A stretch of 64,000 nucleotides of DNA from Octopus sinensis (lineage: Eukaryota): NCBI RefSeq assembly GCF_006345805.1, contig NC_043012.1, positions 21,948,001 to 22,012,000 on the forward strand, read 5' to 3'. A program made the position numbers and the translations under genes. The notes under the pieces are model-generated. The model made no database searches. It was given only the letters and a program-made list of their open reading frames with translations, and had not been told where the DNA came from. This document shows, in pieces, positions 26,432-40,130 of the stretch (positions are counted from its first letter, which is position 1; every line of letters begins with the position of its first letter).

Positions 26432-26695
26432 AAGCTGAGGGACCTGCATGGTGTAGATGCGGATGTCTTTAAAGTAGGACTGGATCTCTTCCTGTCAGGT
26501 GTCCCGGATGAACCAACTTCACGGCAGGAGATGCAGATGAGGGCAGCTGCATCGAACTCTCTCATGCATCAGATGGCGTTTGCTAAAAAGCATCCGTGAT
26601 GTAAAATCGTGTAGCAAACCAAATGGCGGTGCCCCAGCATGGCCACAGCTCATTAGCTGAAACTGGAAAAATCAAAATCATCAAAATCAAAATAA
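26432..26695 (+). mobile_element. CR1-like LINE 3' end fragment
   Basis: KLRDLHGVDADVFKVGLDLFLSGVPDEPTSRQEMQMRAAASNSLMHQMAFAKKHP* followed by ggcggtgccccagcatggccacagctc and an (aaatc)n tail. Confidence 0.85.
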
Positions 26696-27245
26696 GTATA
26701 TCGATGAAAGAAACATTAAGGAAAACCTTAGTGCTATGTTATTACTTGTTACTCATTAACAGAAACCTAATTCCAATACCCCTATGGGTAGTAGGGTGAG
26801 GTCAAAGTCAATCCTACAACTTAATTGGTCAGCTGATATTTGAAAACAATGGCGTTGTCCAGGTTCGTTAAAACTATCAATAAAGTACAGGACAAGTAAA
26901 ATGAAAAATAAAAATATTTAAGGAATGAATAGTCTAAGGGCTTTTGCTAATGAATGGGCGACGACTTACGGATATGGATATTGTGTTTTATATGAATATA
27001 TCTGAGATATATATATATCAAATTAACAAGTAATTTTCTTATTTGCCTTATAAATTTCCATTTTCCTTATTTGCCTTATAAATCCTGGTAAAATTTTGTT
27101 TTGCCCCCACCCATATCTAGTATTCATTTGCGATATTGCCCTGCAATAGTTAGCACATGAATATAAATACGTACGTATACAACAAGTAAGTATATTGGAT
27201 ATTTAATATATCCCTTAGATGGTTACGTAACCCCTAACTCGTACA

Positions 27246-27329
<84 letters not shown>

Positions 27330-27380
27330 AAAAAGAAAATGTAAAGTATTAGCAGACGCTCATGGAAGGAGAGAAAAATG

Positions 27381-27415
27381 GTTTAACATTTCGAGCAACA
27401 CTCTTCTTCAGAAAC
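27381..27415 (-). ncRNA. Ultra-minimal hammerhead motif (PLE terminus)
   Basis: gttt-CTGAAGA-a-gagt-gtt-gctc-GAAA-tgt-T-aaac; loopless helix III form, with C15.2 replaced by U. Confidence 0.55.
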
Positions 27416-27536
27416 AGAGTAAAGTCCAATAGAAAGGAAACAAACGAAGAAAATCGCCAACGATTCACATGTGGTTACATGTTTGATATAAATATCAAAA
27501 ATGTAACCACATCAAGTCTGATATGTATATATATAT

Positions 27537-27578
27537 ACATTAAACTTCAACATTGACGTGTCTTTACTATAAGTTTGA

Positions 27579-27674
<96 letters not shown>

Positions 27675-27683
27675 CATCCATCC

Positions 27684-27753
<70 letters not shown>

Positions 27754-27801
27754 AGATAGATAGATATATAGTAAAGACACGTCAATGTTCAAGTTTAATG
27801 T
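27537..27801. repeat. 35-bp inverted repeats around a (TATC)n array that flips to (GATA)n
   Basis: acattaaacttcaacattgacgtgtctttactata (27537-27571) pairs with tatagtaaagacacgtcaatgttcaagtttaatgt (27767-27801). Confidence 0.85.
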
Positions 27802-27850
27802 TATATTAATTTTTTAAAGTTTCTTTATTAAACCTTTACACACGCACACA

Positions 27851-27904
<54 letters not shown>

Positions 27905-27988
27905 CTTATATACATATGTGTATATATATAAATATATATATATATAGATAGATAGATATATACATGTATATATGCAGAGGGAGAGAGG

Positions 27989-28038
<50 letters not shown>

Positions 28039-28427
28039 TTAATGTTTGTGTATGTGTGTGTGTGTAGACGTGAATGTGAACGCTATATATTTTTCATTCC
28101 GATAATGTACCTTAATGACTTAATTATATTTTACTTGATTAAATAATGTATCATTAATTAAGCTGCGTGTTTAATTACACACACGTTTATAAACACGGAT
28201 GTATGTCCACGCATGTATCTTTACAGATATAAACAAATCTTCACATTGTGCTATGATTTCATACACATGGCACACACACACACACGTCTACACAAATCCA
28301 CACACCCAGATACTACAGGACATATATGAATAAGTAATTTTAAACAATAAAAATACATTATTAAATATTGTGTGTGTATATATATTCCTGTATTTCACGT
28401 TCATTATATATAAAAACATTCATTCTT

Positions 28428-28470
<43 letters not shown>

Positions 28471-28521
28471 TATATAATATATATATATATATATATCTAC
28501 GCATGCACTTATATACATACA

Positions 28522-28850
28522 TAATTTCTTTTATTCTTTTACTGGAGCCAGGCTGGAGCACCGCCTTTCAGTGTTTTGGATCTCCTTTCTGTACTGTTTT
28601 TGGTGAAGAAACAAGCTGGACAGAGCTGTTCTTCTTTGTGCTTCCTGCTCCAATGTGGGTTCATCTCGGATTTCAGATAAAAATTTGTCCAGTTGCTTTA
28701 TAAAGGTTTCCATATTTACGCCTCGGCAATCTTCGAAACCCCAACTCCGAATTACTATACAAAACACCTTGTGAAACACCAGTTGTTGACGTCTCCTCAG
28801 ACCAAACAAATGAAATTTTTCTCTGGTTAAAACCAGACTCTCGGGAGAAA
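28522..28850 (-). mobile_element. CR1-like LINE 3' end fragment (second subfamily)
   Basis: RGVNMETFIKQLDKFLSEIRDEPTLEQEAQRRTALS followed by tail aaaggcggtgctccagcctggctccagtaaaagaataaaag. Confidence 0.8.
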
Positions 28851-29224
28851 AACAAATAGTGACTTTATAAGGGAACCAACCAATCGGAATGCAAGATGAC
28901 CATCAGGCAAAAACAAGTTACCGAGTCTCTACCAGGATGTCAACCAAGCAGAACGTTCAACTTTGCCAAAACAAAAATATTTTGTCCAAAACGGAAAATA
29001 TCTTTGATCAAACTAATTGACGTCAGGAAACCTACAACCAATCAGAACTTGTTCCATGAACCTGGTCAACAAGGAATGGACATCACCAGGAAGCCAACTA
29101 ACCAAAGCGCTTGACTTTGCGAAAACAAAATTATTTTGACCAGAAAAAAAGTAGCATCTAAATTATAACCGATCAAAACTTGATCCTTTATTGTAAAACA
29201 CACACACGCACACACACACATATA

Positions 29225-29607
29225 TCTCTCTCTATATAAACGGCAGTTTGTCTGTGTGTGTGTCTGTGTGTCTGTTAGGTTGTACCCTCACCCTGACCAC
29301 GGCTTTCAACCGATTCTGATGAAACTTGATACACACATAGCCCAATGTCATAATTCAAAACTAACGCAGCGAAAATTTTGAAAAGTTCCCCCAGTTCTGA
29401 AAAAAATCGATAAATTCGACATGGGGTCGAGAATCAGAAACACAAACCAAAGACTGTCTAGGGGACGCAACTCGACCTTTTTAACTCTAAAAAATATTTA
29501 CCATAATTTTTTTCCCATTTTTTTGCTATTTTTTGGCTATAACTCTCTAAAAATGCTTTATAGTTATTTCCCTTACAAACCCGAGCAACGCCGGGTGATA
29601 CTGCTAG
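29225..29607 (+). mobile_element. Non-autonomous Helitron
   Basis: 5' TC after A, (gtct/gt)n near the 5' end, subterminal hairpin cccg-agcaacgc-cggg (29580-29595), 3' CTAG (29604-29607) followed by T. Confidence 0.8.
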
Positions 29608-30089
29608 TATATACTAAAAGATTTGGACTTAAACACTTCGAGCTCTAACAAGCTTAAAAGGTGAAGAGACTTATACACTTAGACTGGAATTGAAAAGGGA
29701 ACTGCCCAAACTACGACAGAAATTGTAAAGAAATCTCATTTTTCTTTCTTTCCAACTGTTTCTCCTTCTTCCTCGCTGTTTTCTTTCTTTTTCTTCTTTA
29801 TAAAAACATATTATGAATAAACTTTCAATTTGTTATGATTTTCACCGAGCAGTTACTCTTTTATTAATCTCTGTCCCCGTGAAACTACACGTTTTCAGAT
29901 TCACGTGCATTTTCAAACCCCCAAACAAATTCTCCCGTATTTTTTCCTGCGTGGGAATTCACTTCTTCACACACACACACACACACACACAGACACACAC
30001 ACACACACACACGCGCACACACACACACACACACACACGCGTGCGCGCGCGCAAAGTTTAGGTTAGTTAAAATGTTTGTGATATATTTC

Positions 30090-32180
30090 AACTGCTAAAA
30101 GGCAAACTTACTGCAGTTTCCGTTGGGAAAACTTTTATCATATCTTTTCTGTTTGGCTGCCACTTTTCAATTTCTTCAAATTTTGTTCCAACTGATTTCA
30201 TATTTGGTGTTTTCGGTGTAGTTTTGTAAGGTACAATGAAAGGACGGGTGTCATTTTCTTTCAATTCCCAGACAAGCTTTCTTGTTCTCGGTGTATCGGA
30301 AAAATTTTCGGTGGGAATCGAATCAAGTCTTGAATGAATTCTCTGAAGCCCCTGTATATGTTTTATATTCTTGCGAGCCATCTACTTGCACTTTGGCTCT
30401 ATAAACAATACCTTTTTTCTAGACATTTTCCTTCCAACGGACAGTAAGTCTCATCTTTAAAGTTGCAGTTCCTCAGATTAGATTAGTAGTTGTCTGTAAC
30501 AATTTTTGTGTTATGCTGGCTAATAAAAGAAGCTAAAGAATAACTAACCTTCAGCGTTCTCCTATTAAATATTCTATAGAAGTTATGGCTAGATTGAAAA
30601 TGCTTAGAAACTAATTTTAAGAATTCCCTACCTATATTAGTTTTTACGGCCATATTAAATGCGGGGTTAAACCACATAACTTTCCTAGTTCTAGTTCTAG
30701 GTGGTCTATTATTGTTAGAATGAACTTGATTATACTGGATCTTCTCTGAAACTCCACTTTTCCTTAATGCATTGTTGTAATATGGCGCAGCATTTTGAAA
30801 TGCTGTCTCATCCGAAGTTGATGATATTCGCCTTCCTACATTACTAACTAGGTTCTTAAGAATTACTGGTGGATGATTAGATTCTTTGCTAATATAACAT
30901 AGCTTTTCATTGGGCTTACGATAGGGTTTAAATTCATCTAATCGCAGATCTAAATTGATATCTAAAAAAATCTACGCTTTTAAGGTTACTTTCTATCGTA
31001 ATCTGTAAGCCCGTTCTTTGGAAGAAAGTAATCAGATTCTTCCTAAGTTTATCTAACTCAGGGCCGTTTAAATTATGGGTGACTATAAGACCGTCATCAC
31101 TGTATAATCCTTCATCTATTAAAGGGAATTCTAGATGCCGATTATGCAAAATATAATACCCTATAAGCACACATAACTCCACCCCATCGTATGCCCCCAT
31201 CGGTACATCGAAAAGAGAATCCTCACTTTTTTGACCCCAAGTAGATTCCTTGTAAAAAAGAAGAGATTTCTTTGCATGCAATTTCCGAGTTATCGATGGT
31301 GACACACTGCTTGGCGAAAGCTAATGCTTTTAGAAGCAAAGGCCTAGATATTGACGGGTAAAAGTCGACAATATCAAACTGCGTAAATTTGCAGTTATGC
31401 TTATGGCTAATCCCTTTGAACTAATCTATCACTGACTTGCTATTTTCCCAAACCCGTAAATTTAAACCCACTATCTAACTTACTTAAAATACGATCTAAA
31501 ATATATTAGCTAATAACACTTATTTCAGTTTTAGTAGGATTAATCAGGTCTACATTTAGGGTTTCTATTAAAATTAGCTTTATGGTATTTTAGTGCGATA
31601 AAAGGGTGGCGCGTGGAGGGGAGATATTCTGTCCTGTCACTAACTTTAAGGTTGTTAGCAATTCTTCTTGCCTCCAAATTCACCTCTTTATATAAATTTG
31701 TATTGTCTTTTTTCTAGGTGTCTGTAATGCTGTTCGAAAGTAGACGCTTATAAACATCTTTATCAACCGCGTATAAGTTTTTTGTCTTATCGGAGTTTAC
31801 GAAGATCTTATCCGAGTTCTATATGTCTCTAATTTTTTTCCTTCATATCTCTCTGTAGCTGGTTGTTGAATTTGCGGAATTTAATTTTTCTAATGAGCCC
31901 TAAAATGTATTTTGCAAAGGCTTCCAATTCGGAAATAGTGGTGGATTTTTGGAAAATTTAAGTCTGTATTTCCTTCCGTTAGATTTCTGCTTTGTATCAA
32001 AGAAAAAGGGCTCATTCTTCGATGAGACTCCTCCGTTTTTTCGATAAGACTCTTGAGGTATTGCTACTGTGTCGGGATGGGTATATTTTTTAGAGAAAAA
32101 TCCAATGGGTGATATTTTTGCTACTTTTTAATAAAGCATATTACTCTACCTCTGGTATCCGAGTACTATTTTTCCCACCT
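30090..32180 (-). mobile_element. Neptune-type Penelope-like element, near-complete decayed ORF (RT + GIY-YIG)
   Basis: Fragments SDKTKNLY, FIALKYHKANF, FTQFDIVDFYPSI, FDVPMGAYDGVELC..IG, GLYSDDGL, WFNPAFNMAVKTNIGREFL..HF, FKTRFDSH..VWELKE; many stops and frameshifts. Confidence 0.9.
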
Positions 32181-32206
32181 TGTTTCGCATTTATGTGCTT
32201 ACTCTG

Positions 32207-32242
<36 letters not shown>

Positions 32243-32341
32243 CGGGAAGCTTTATGAAAATAAACAAAAGACGAAGGCAGGTGGAATACAAACAAACAAT
32301 TGTATTAGTATGGCGCTCAGGAATATAAATAAAACAAGTCT

Positions 32342-32374
32342 TTTACGTTTCGAGCCTACGCTCTTCAACAGAAA
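32342..32374 (-). ncRNA. Ultra-minimal hammerhead variant (CUGUUGA core)
   Basis: ttt-CTGTTGA-a-gagc-gtag-gctc-GAAA-cgt-A-aaa; lies 5' of the Neptune ORF on the same strand. Confidence 0.55.
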
Positions 32375-32413
32375 GATACACAGAAAAGAAACACGGAGAG
32401 AAACATATATCTT

Positions 32414-32518
32414 TGGTTTCGGGTTCAGTCCCACTGTGTGGTACCTTGGGCAAGTGTCTCCCACAATAACCTCGAGCCGACCAATACCTTGTGAGTGTAT
32501 TTGGTAGACGGAAACTGT
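32414..32518 (+). mobile_element. SINE family A internal fragment
   Basis: gggttcagtcccactgtgtggtaccttgggcaagtgtc...ggtagacggaaactg. Confidence 0.85.
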
Positions 32519-32520
32519 GG

Positions 32521-32822
32521 TCCAACTATCCCGTCTAGAGCAAGAGCCAGGTACTACAATAAGTTGGGTTTCTGAGGCTCTCAACTGCTTAATATCTTGC
32601 CAAAAAATCTGGGGGATCTACAGAGTGGAGGTAAATATTTTCAAGAAGCGCTTTGACTATTAGCCGTCGAAGATCTCAGGTGAACGTACATTACGGCAAA
32701 GAACTCAAAATAAAGGTGGTTCTCTTATTCATCAAAAGCCAAATACATGAGAATGGTCATTAAGAAGGTAATGAAAATGACAGTGCTCCAGCATGGCCAC
32801 AACCTTTGGGTTGAAACACATG
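32521..32822 (+). mobile_element. CR1-like LINE 3' end fragment
   Basis: SQLLNILPKNLGDL, then VEVNIFKKRFDY and SLIHQKP in shifted frames, ending gtgctccagcatggccacaacc. Confidence 0.65.
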
Positions 32823-33019
32823 AAGAAAGGAAGGAATGAACCGGTTAAGAATAATTCCTTACAAAATGTTGTCTGTATTATTTAGAAACTTATTATTTAT
32901 TAGAAAGTGAAGCTTTCTGAATCGTAACTCTGGGTTTGACTTTCTGAGTTTTGAAACGATTGAAGGAAGCACAAAGCAATATGTTAAAGGAGAAATATTT
33001 GCAAACAGATATACACACA

Positions 33020-33021
33020 AG

Positions 33022-33073
<52 letters not shown>

Positions 33074-33221
33074 GGGGGAAGAAAGAAAGGAGAGAAAAAG
33101 AGAAAGATAGAAAGAAAGAAAGAAAAAAACTAGAAAGCGAGAGAGAGAGAGAGAGAGGGTGGGGGAAGAAAGAAAGGAGAGAAAAAGAGAGAGATAGAAA
33201 GAAAGAAGGAAAAATCTAGAA

Positions 33222-33255
<34 letters not shown>

Positions 33256-33416
33256 GGGTGGGGAAGAAAGAAAGGAGAGAAAAAGAGAGAGATAGAAAGA
33301 AAGAAGGAAAAAACTAGAAAGAGAGAGAGAAAGAGAGAGAGAGAGGGTGGGGGAAGAAAGAAAGGAGAGAAAAAGAGAAAGATAGAAAGAAAGAAGGAAA
33401 AAACTAGAAAGAGAGA

Positions 33417-33447
<31 letters not shown>

Positions 33448-33505
33448 GGGAAAGAAAGAAAGGAGAGAAAAAGAGAAAGATAGAAAGAAAGAAGGAAAAA
33501 AAACT

Positions 33506-33540
<35 letters not shown>

Positions 33541-33586
33541 GAGAGAGAGAGAAAGAAGGAAAAAACTAGAAAGAGAGAGAAAGAGA
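33020..33586. repeat. Purine-only minisatellite, ~5 units of ~88-100 bp
   Basis: Unit core gggaagaaagaaaggagagaaaaagag...gatagaaagaaagaaggaaaaaactagaaag with variable (GA)n spacers. Confidence 0.9.
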
Positions 33587-34093
33587 ATACGCGTAAAGGA
33601 GATTCTATGCTTGAGAGTAAGGTATAACCAAAAAAATATGAGAGCAGCTCGTGATGTATTTGAGAAAAACAATATATAAACCTACTGAAAAATCAAAACA
33701 AGGACAAAACAAAAACAAAAGAAAAATAAAAGAAAAAAAAGGGAAACAAAACAACACCTGATGCGTTTGTTTCGTTTGTTCCTCATTTCTGATTGCAATA
33801 CGATAAACAGGCTCTGAATATATTCACTTCACTGAAGACGATAAAAGAACTGCTGATTCCATTACTACCCAATACCGTTTTACGGAACATCATTATTCCA
33901 TGATACAACCGAAAGATATCAAATATTATCTCATGTATTTATATCACAGTCAAACAGTTATAACTTTGTTTATTCTTTCTTTCGTTTACATATACATACA
34001 TGTTACACACACACACACATAGATACTTACATACAGACAAGCACACAGAAATGCATACATATATATATTTATATCAACTTATCTATATAGCTA

Positions 34094-34135
<42 letters not shown>

Positions 34136-34343
34136 CGTTTATATACTTATACATACATTCATGCATAACTATATCTATATATCTATAGCCACATACACAG
34201 ACGTGTATGTATGTATGCATGCTTGCATGTATGTAGATATACATTCTTATCATATCTCAGCCCTGTTTTGCACTGGTTTTCTACAAATTCTTCATTCTTT
34301 TTCATTGGTTTCTACAAGTTTTTACTATTTTTTCTCTATGCTG

Positions 34344-34401
<58 letters not shown>

Positions 34402-34989
34402 TATGTGTGTGTACAGTTATATCTATATATACTATATATATATTTACACACACACACACACACACGCACACACAGAGGTTTCTGAGAATGGTTGCGGATG
34501 GAGTACAGCATCTTTCGATTTTACTTTCAGTTGAAGGAGGAAGATTTCGAAGCTTGTATATTCTCGATAGCGAAGTCCTGTGTGCATGACTAGATCACTC
34601 GACTCTCATGTACACTATATCGTTTCATCTAGATGGAAATATGTACGTTATGGAACTACGGGGTGATATAGCGCATTCTGGCAAAATGGTGGGAAACAAG
34701 GAAAAATTGGCGACATTCATTGGTCCCGAAATCTGTGCTTGCCTATGACAGGCACTATAGGAGAAGTGGATGGGCAACACGAAAGCCCAGTGCGTCCAGA
34801 AAGTTCATGGAGCCGATGAACAAAATAATGCCATCATATTTCGATAGAGGTAAGGGTTCACGATTTCGGTCCGGTGCCCGAGCTCATGAACACCTAAAGA
34901 TGGCCCTGCGTATGATACTGAGAGACCCCTTCTATAGTTATAGCTAGATGAAGTATTACATCTCACTAAACCTATGTTCATATTATCTG

Positions 34990-35106
34990 CAACTCAACTT
35001 TGCCTTTCATCCTTTCGGGGTCGATAAATTAAGTACCAGTTACGCACTGGGGGTCGATGTAATCGACTTAATCCCTTTGTCTGTCCTTGTTTGTCCCTTC
35101 TATGCA
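34990..35106 (+). mobile_element. SINE family C fragment, truncated at both ends
   Basis: ctttgcctttcatcctttcggggtcgataaattaagtaccag...tgtcccttctatg runs directly into the 35107 mosaic. Confidence 0.85.
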
Positions 35107-36110
<1,004 letters not shown>

Positions 36111-36739
36111 CCTGTATGAATTGTTTGTTATATATGGACATGTCGTACCCAGCTGACGATAACATTTTCTTTTATAAAAGAAATAAAAATTGGGGGCGGT
36201 GAGTGGATAGAACCGCTAGAGCATTCCACAACAATCTGCAAGGTCATGTTTGTCGAGTTATGGCTCTGTAGAATTGTTGGAGCATCACACAAAATACCAC
36301 AAGGTATTTAGTTACAGTCCTCCCATTTTTCTGATTTCAAATCCTAACGATATGAACTTTGTCTCCTCTCTTTTTAGATTGATAGGACAAAGCCTCGTTT
36401 AAGCCCTAAGATCGATTTAATCAACTAAGCCGACGTCCACACGATTTCTAGCTTTATACCTCAATAAGAAATATATATTTAAGGGTGGTAGAATGGTCGA
36501 ATCATTCAAGCGTCGGTATTTATTTTTTGTAAGTTCAACTCCTGCTAAAGTCAACTCGTATGCCATTCAATTTTCCGGGGTCAATAAAGTAAGTGGGAGA
36601 GTGAGACAGTGGCACAGTGTCAACTTTTCTCTCTCTTTTCCTTCCTGGAATGCTTTGATTTATTTGATTGAATACGTCAATTTAATCTATTAACCTTTCC
36701 ACCAAATTTCTGACCTCATGTTTAAGTTAGAATCCATTT

Positions 36740-37810
36740 ATTATCATCAGTATAGACGTCGCACAGTATACAACATCGTGAGGTAGTTGATTGAAGATAT
36801 CGTCTACCGGGGGTTTGCACTGTTTGTCAAGTCACAACAAGGACCTCAGACAGACAGTACTTTACGCAATATGCATGCAGTCCCAAGTAATGTCGACTTT
36901 TGCAATACACCTAGATTGCAGGGCATTTCTAAGGTTTTCAGATGTTTTTGCAGATTGGGTGGTATTAAACCCAATGCTCCGATGACAATAGGGATAATCT
37001 TTATGTTTGACTCTCGTAGCTGCCACATTTTAGCGATTTCAGTTCTCATGTCTCATATTTATCAACCTTTTCTCCTTCTTTCCTAATGATGTGTTGATCT
37101 TCTGGCACTGCGACGTCGATTATTAGGCACTCTTGTTTGTCCCTCCTAAGGGTTACTATATCCGGCCTTCGGTGCTCTAACACCTTGTCTGGCTGGAAAT
37201 TAAAGTCCCAGAGAATTTTTGCCTTCTCCTTTTCGTCCATTACCTTTTCCGGTGTATGTTGGTACCAAGCACCTGTAACTTCATATCCATACTTACGGCA
37301 CAGTAGCTAGTGGATGTTTTGGGCTACCTTGTCGTGTCTACGCTTGTAATCTTTCTGCGCAAGACTTTCACAAGCACTAACAATGCGAGTCATGCTTTCG
37401 ACCCTCTTCCCACACATTCTGTAGAGGTCCGTTGCACTTGTGTGGTATATATTATTTTTCACTGAAGTGGTATTCAACGCCTGGTCCTGGGCCGCGATGA
37501 TTAGGCTTTCAGTATTCTTTTTTAGGTCACTCTTGTTGAGCCACCTCCATGATGCTTCCTAGTCTTTTAATTTGTTGGTTTCACGGTAGTACTGACCATG
37601 TAATTCCATACGGAGTAGTTTTTCTTCTCTCTCGTTGGCTGTTCTTGATCGAAATTAATGAGCGCTCTCAAGTCCATTTTTTGTTAACACCTTCTGCACT
37701 AGCAGCATATTACAGCGGGTCTTATTTGCTGTTTATTCTGCCATGTTTCTTCTTTCAATATCGGTGCACTCCCGTATGCTAATCTGCCCACATCCACCTT
37801 TACCTCTCTT
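36740..37810 (-). mobile_element. R4/Dong-clade non-LTR retrotransposon 3' fragment (zinc knuckle + RLE)
   Basis: LHGQY, ESLIIAAQDQALNT, RHDKVA, ILWDF..QPDKVLEHRRPDIV..CLIIDVAVPED..EKVDKY, IPIVIGALG, LQKSTLLGTACILRKVL. The 5' truncation abuts a (TAA)n run at 37811-37850. Confidence 0.9.
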
Positions 37811-37811
37811 C

Positions 37812-37850
<39 letters not shown>

Positions 37851-38229
37851 TTTATGTTTGACTTTTGCTCTGCATTTGTACAAGTTGTCTCCAAGTTTCA
37901 CCCAGAGACCTCAAGAGACAACAAATTAGAAGTTCAAGCTGGTGTTATGACTAGGGTGCTTTATATAAGACATCCCCGTCCCCAGTCAACGTTTCAAACA
38001 AGGGAGGACGCAAAAGCTCACTGTCTAAAACCCCTGAAAAGCAGGGGTTTCTTGTTAGTTTCTTATTATTGCAGCCTGAGACTGGTAAGAAACCACGTCG
38101 AGCAGGCGCCGTTAGAAATAGTCATTCCTTAGCTAATTGCTACAGTCACGATAGACATCGAGGAAAAAACGAACATCCTCGAATCTACCAGCCTAAAAAA
38201 CACAAAAAAAAAAGAGAGAACAGGTCGGG

Positions 38230-39555
38230 AATGGAAATGGAACTCGACATCCAAACCAGTCAGAAAAATGTGGATGCTATCCTAGATCAACTACATCTTC
38301 CAGGTAGCATCATCTTACCCGTTAGGAAGGAAGGTCAAGTAACACATCTGCCCGTAAACCACTCATAAAAGCTTTCTGTCCTAAATTGAATGAGAAAGAG
38401 ACCCTCTCCTCTCTCAGCACAAACGAATCCACCAACAACAGCCACCAAAGCCCCAAAAGCAGCAGCACCATCACCATCACCATCACCATCAACACGCGTT
38501 ACAGCATCAACAGAAGCAGCAGAAACTACAATAACAGCATCTTCTGCAACACTAATCCTCACCATACCTATTTCTTTACTGCCCATAAGGGGCTAAACAC
38601 AGAGAGGACAAACAAGGACAGGAAAACGGATTAAGTCGATTATATCGACCCGAGTGCGTAACTGGTACTTAATTTATCGACCTCGAATGTATGAAAGGCA
38701 AAGTCGACCTCGGCGGAATTTGAACTCAGAACGTAACGGCAGATGAAATACCTGTTTCTTTACTAACCACAAGGGGCTAAACACAGAGGGGACAAACAAG
38801 GACAGGCAAACGGATTAAGTCGATTATATCGACCCCAGTGCGTAACTGGTACTTAATTTATCGACCCTGAAAGGATGAAAGGCAAAGTCGACCTCGGTGG
38901 AATTTGAACTCAGAACGTAACGGCAGACGAAATACCACTAAGAATTTCGCCCGATGTGCTAACGATTCTGCCAGCTTACTTACCGACATCGGATTGCTCC
39001 AGTCACTTCTCAACTCCAGTACAAGACATACCACTTTCCGATTCCGAGCGGTCAGGCTTTGACATCCGGCGAGACAGAAATTATAAAACGGAGAAAAGAC
39101 AAAAAAAAAAAAGACAAAACAACAACAGACAAAGAACAAACTTCATCCACACAAAAAGTGGAAAGGAAAAAAAAACTACAAAAAAAAAACTCTGCAGCAA
39201 AAATCACAAGAAACAAACACTACCTCACTCCCCACTGCCACAAACACTTGAAACACAACCACAATCAACACCACCATAAACAACAATCCCTCCCACATAC
39301 ACTATAACAACAACAATAACAACAGCAGCAGCAGTGAAAAACGGAAAGTAAAGAAATCCCCATTGCAAACTAGACGGCGACAAACACAAAACAATGCAGA
39401 TTTTATGAATTACTTAAAAACACACATCAACATAACCCAAACAGATTTTTATAACACCCGCAATGCCCATCCCTACACAAATCATTCGAACAACGGAAAA
39501 CAAATACACACGCCTAAAAACTAAATTCCTTCTCACTCTTATTCTTATTCCAATA
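38230..39555 (+). mobile_element. Possible Tx1/L1-type ORF1 remnant interrupted by a SINE array
   Basis: MELDIQTSQKNVDAILDQLHLPGSIILPV, then Pro/Thr/Ala-rich and Lys-rich tracts, lying directly upstream of an APE start. Confidence 0.3.
38569..38980 (-). mobile_element. Two-unit tandem array of SINE family C
   Basis: Same gaaatacc|t(a/g)tttc junction at 38745-38758 as in the 18.6-19.4 kb array. Confidence 0.9.
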
Positions 39556-39557
39556 AC

Positions 39558-39690
39558 GTGGCCTTGCTCAAAATAGGCAGTGTGAATGCACGTGAGCTGG
39601 GGTCGCCTTGGAAGCAGGGTCACCTGCTCAATGAACGTCAATGTGGTGGTCATAAATGAGACCAGAACTTTTGAGCCACAAAACTTCAAA
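39558..39690 (+). mobile_element. Tx1/L1-type APE endonuclease N-terminal fragment
   Basis: VALLKIGSVNARELGSPWKQGHLLN, then a frameshift to NVNVVVINETR; matches the xNVRGL...D/N-V-x-x-x-x-ET APE start pattern. Confidence 0.55.
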
Positions 39691-40130
39691 CCCTAACCCT
39701 AACCCTCCAAATTCTTTAACTTGGACTTTTTTTCCCTACACTAACCCTAAAACCCTAACCCTTAAACTCTAAAACCCTAACCCTAAAACCGTAACCGTAA
39801 GCACAGAAATGTTTTGAAATTTTTGTCCCAATCATGATGTCCGTATTTTTCCGCATATTTAGAAAAAAAAAAAAAAATTCTTAAAAAATAATTTTACAAA
39901 GATTTTTGGAAATTTTTTCAGAATCATAATGTGTGTATTTTTCCGCATATTTTGAAAAATAAAATTGTGAAAAAAATTTTTAAATGAAGGAAATGGGGGT
40001 GGGTGTTAATTTAGAAATGTCGATTGTTGCCAATTTTTTTTTTGCAGAATCTTATTCCTCGTAGCCGAAAGGGAGGGGGGAGGTTGTGTCGAAAAATTTT
40101 TTTTTTAAGAAGGCTGTTTGTTTGTTTTTT
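39689..40130. repeat. Unclassified element with degenerate (TAACCC)n and an internal duplicated motif
   Basis: ccctaaccctaaccct / aaaccctaaccc at 39689-39800; tattttt(t)ccgcatatt occurs twice. Confidence 0.5.

Noticed and set aside
29629-29660. Hammerhead relic at the 3' side of the Neptune element
   Set aside because: gagctcgaagtgtt resembles the helix II/GAAA region, but both core halves are mutated.
39689-39800. True telomere or chromosome fusion scar
   Set aside because: Only a few degenerate TAACCC units inside an interspersed element, with no long array or head-to-head junction.
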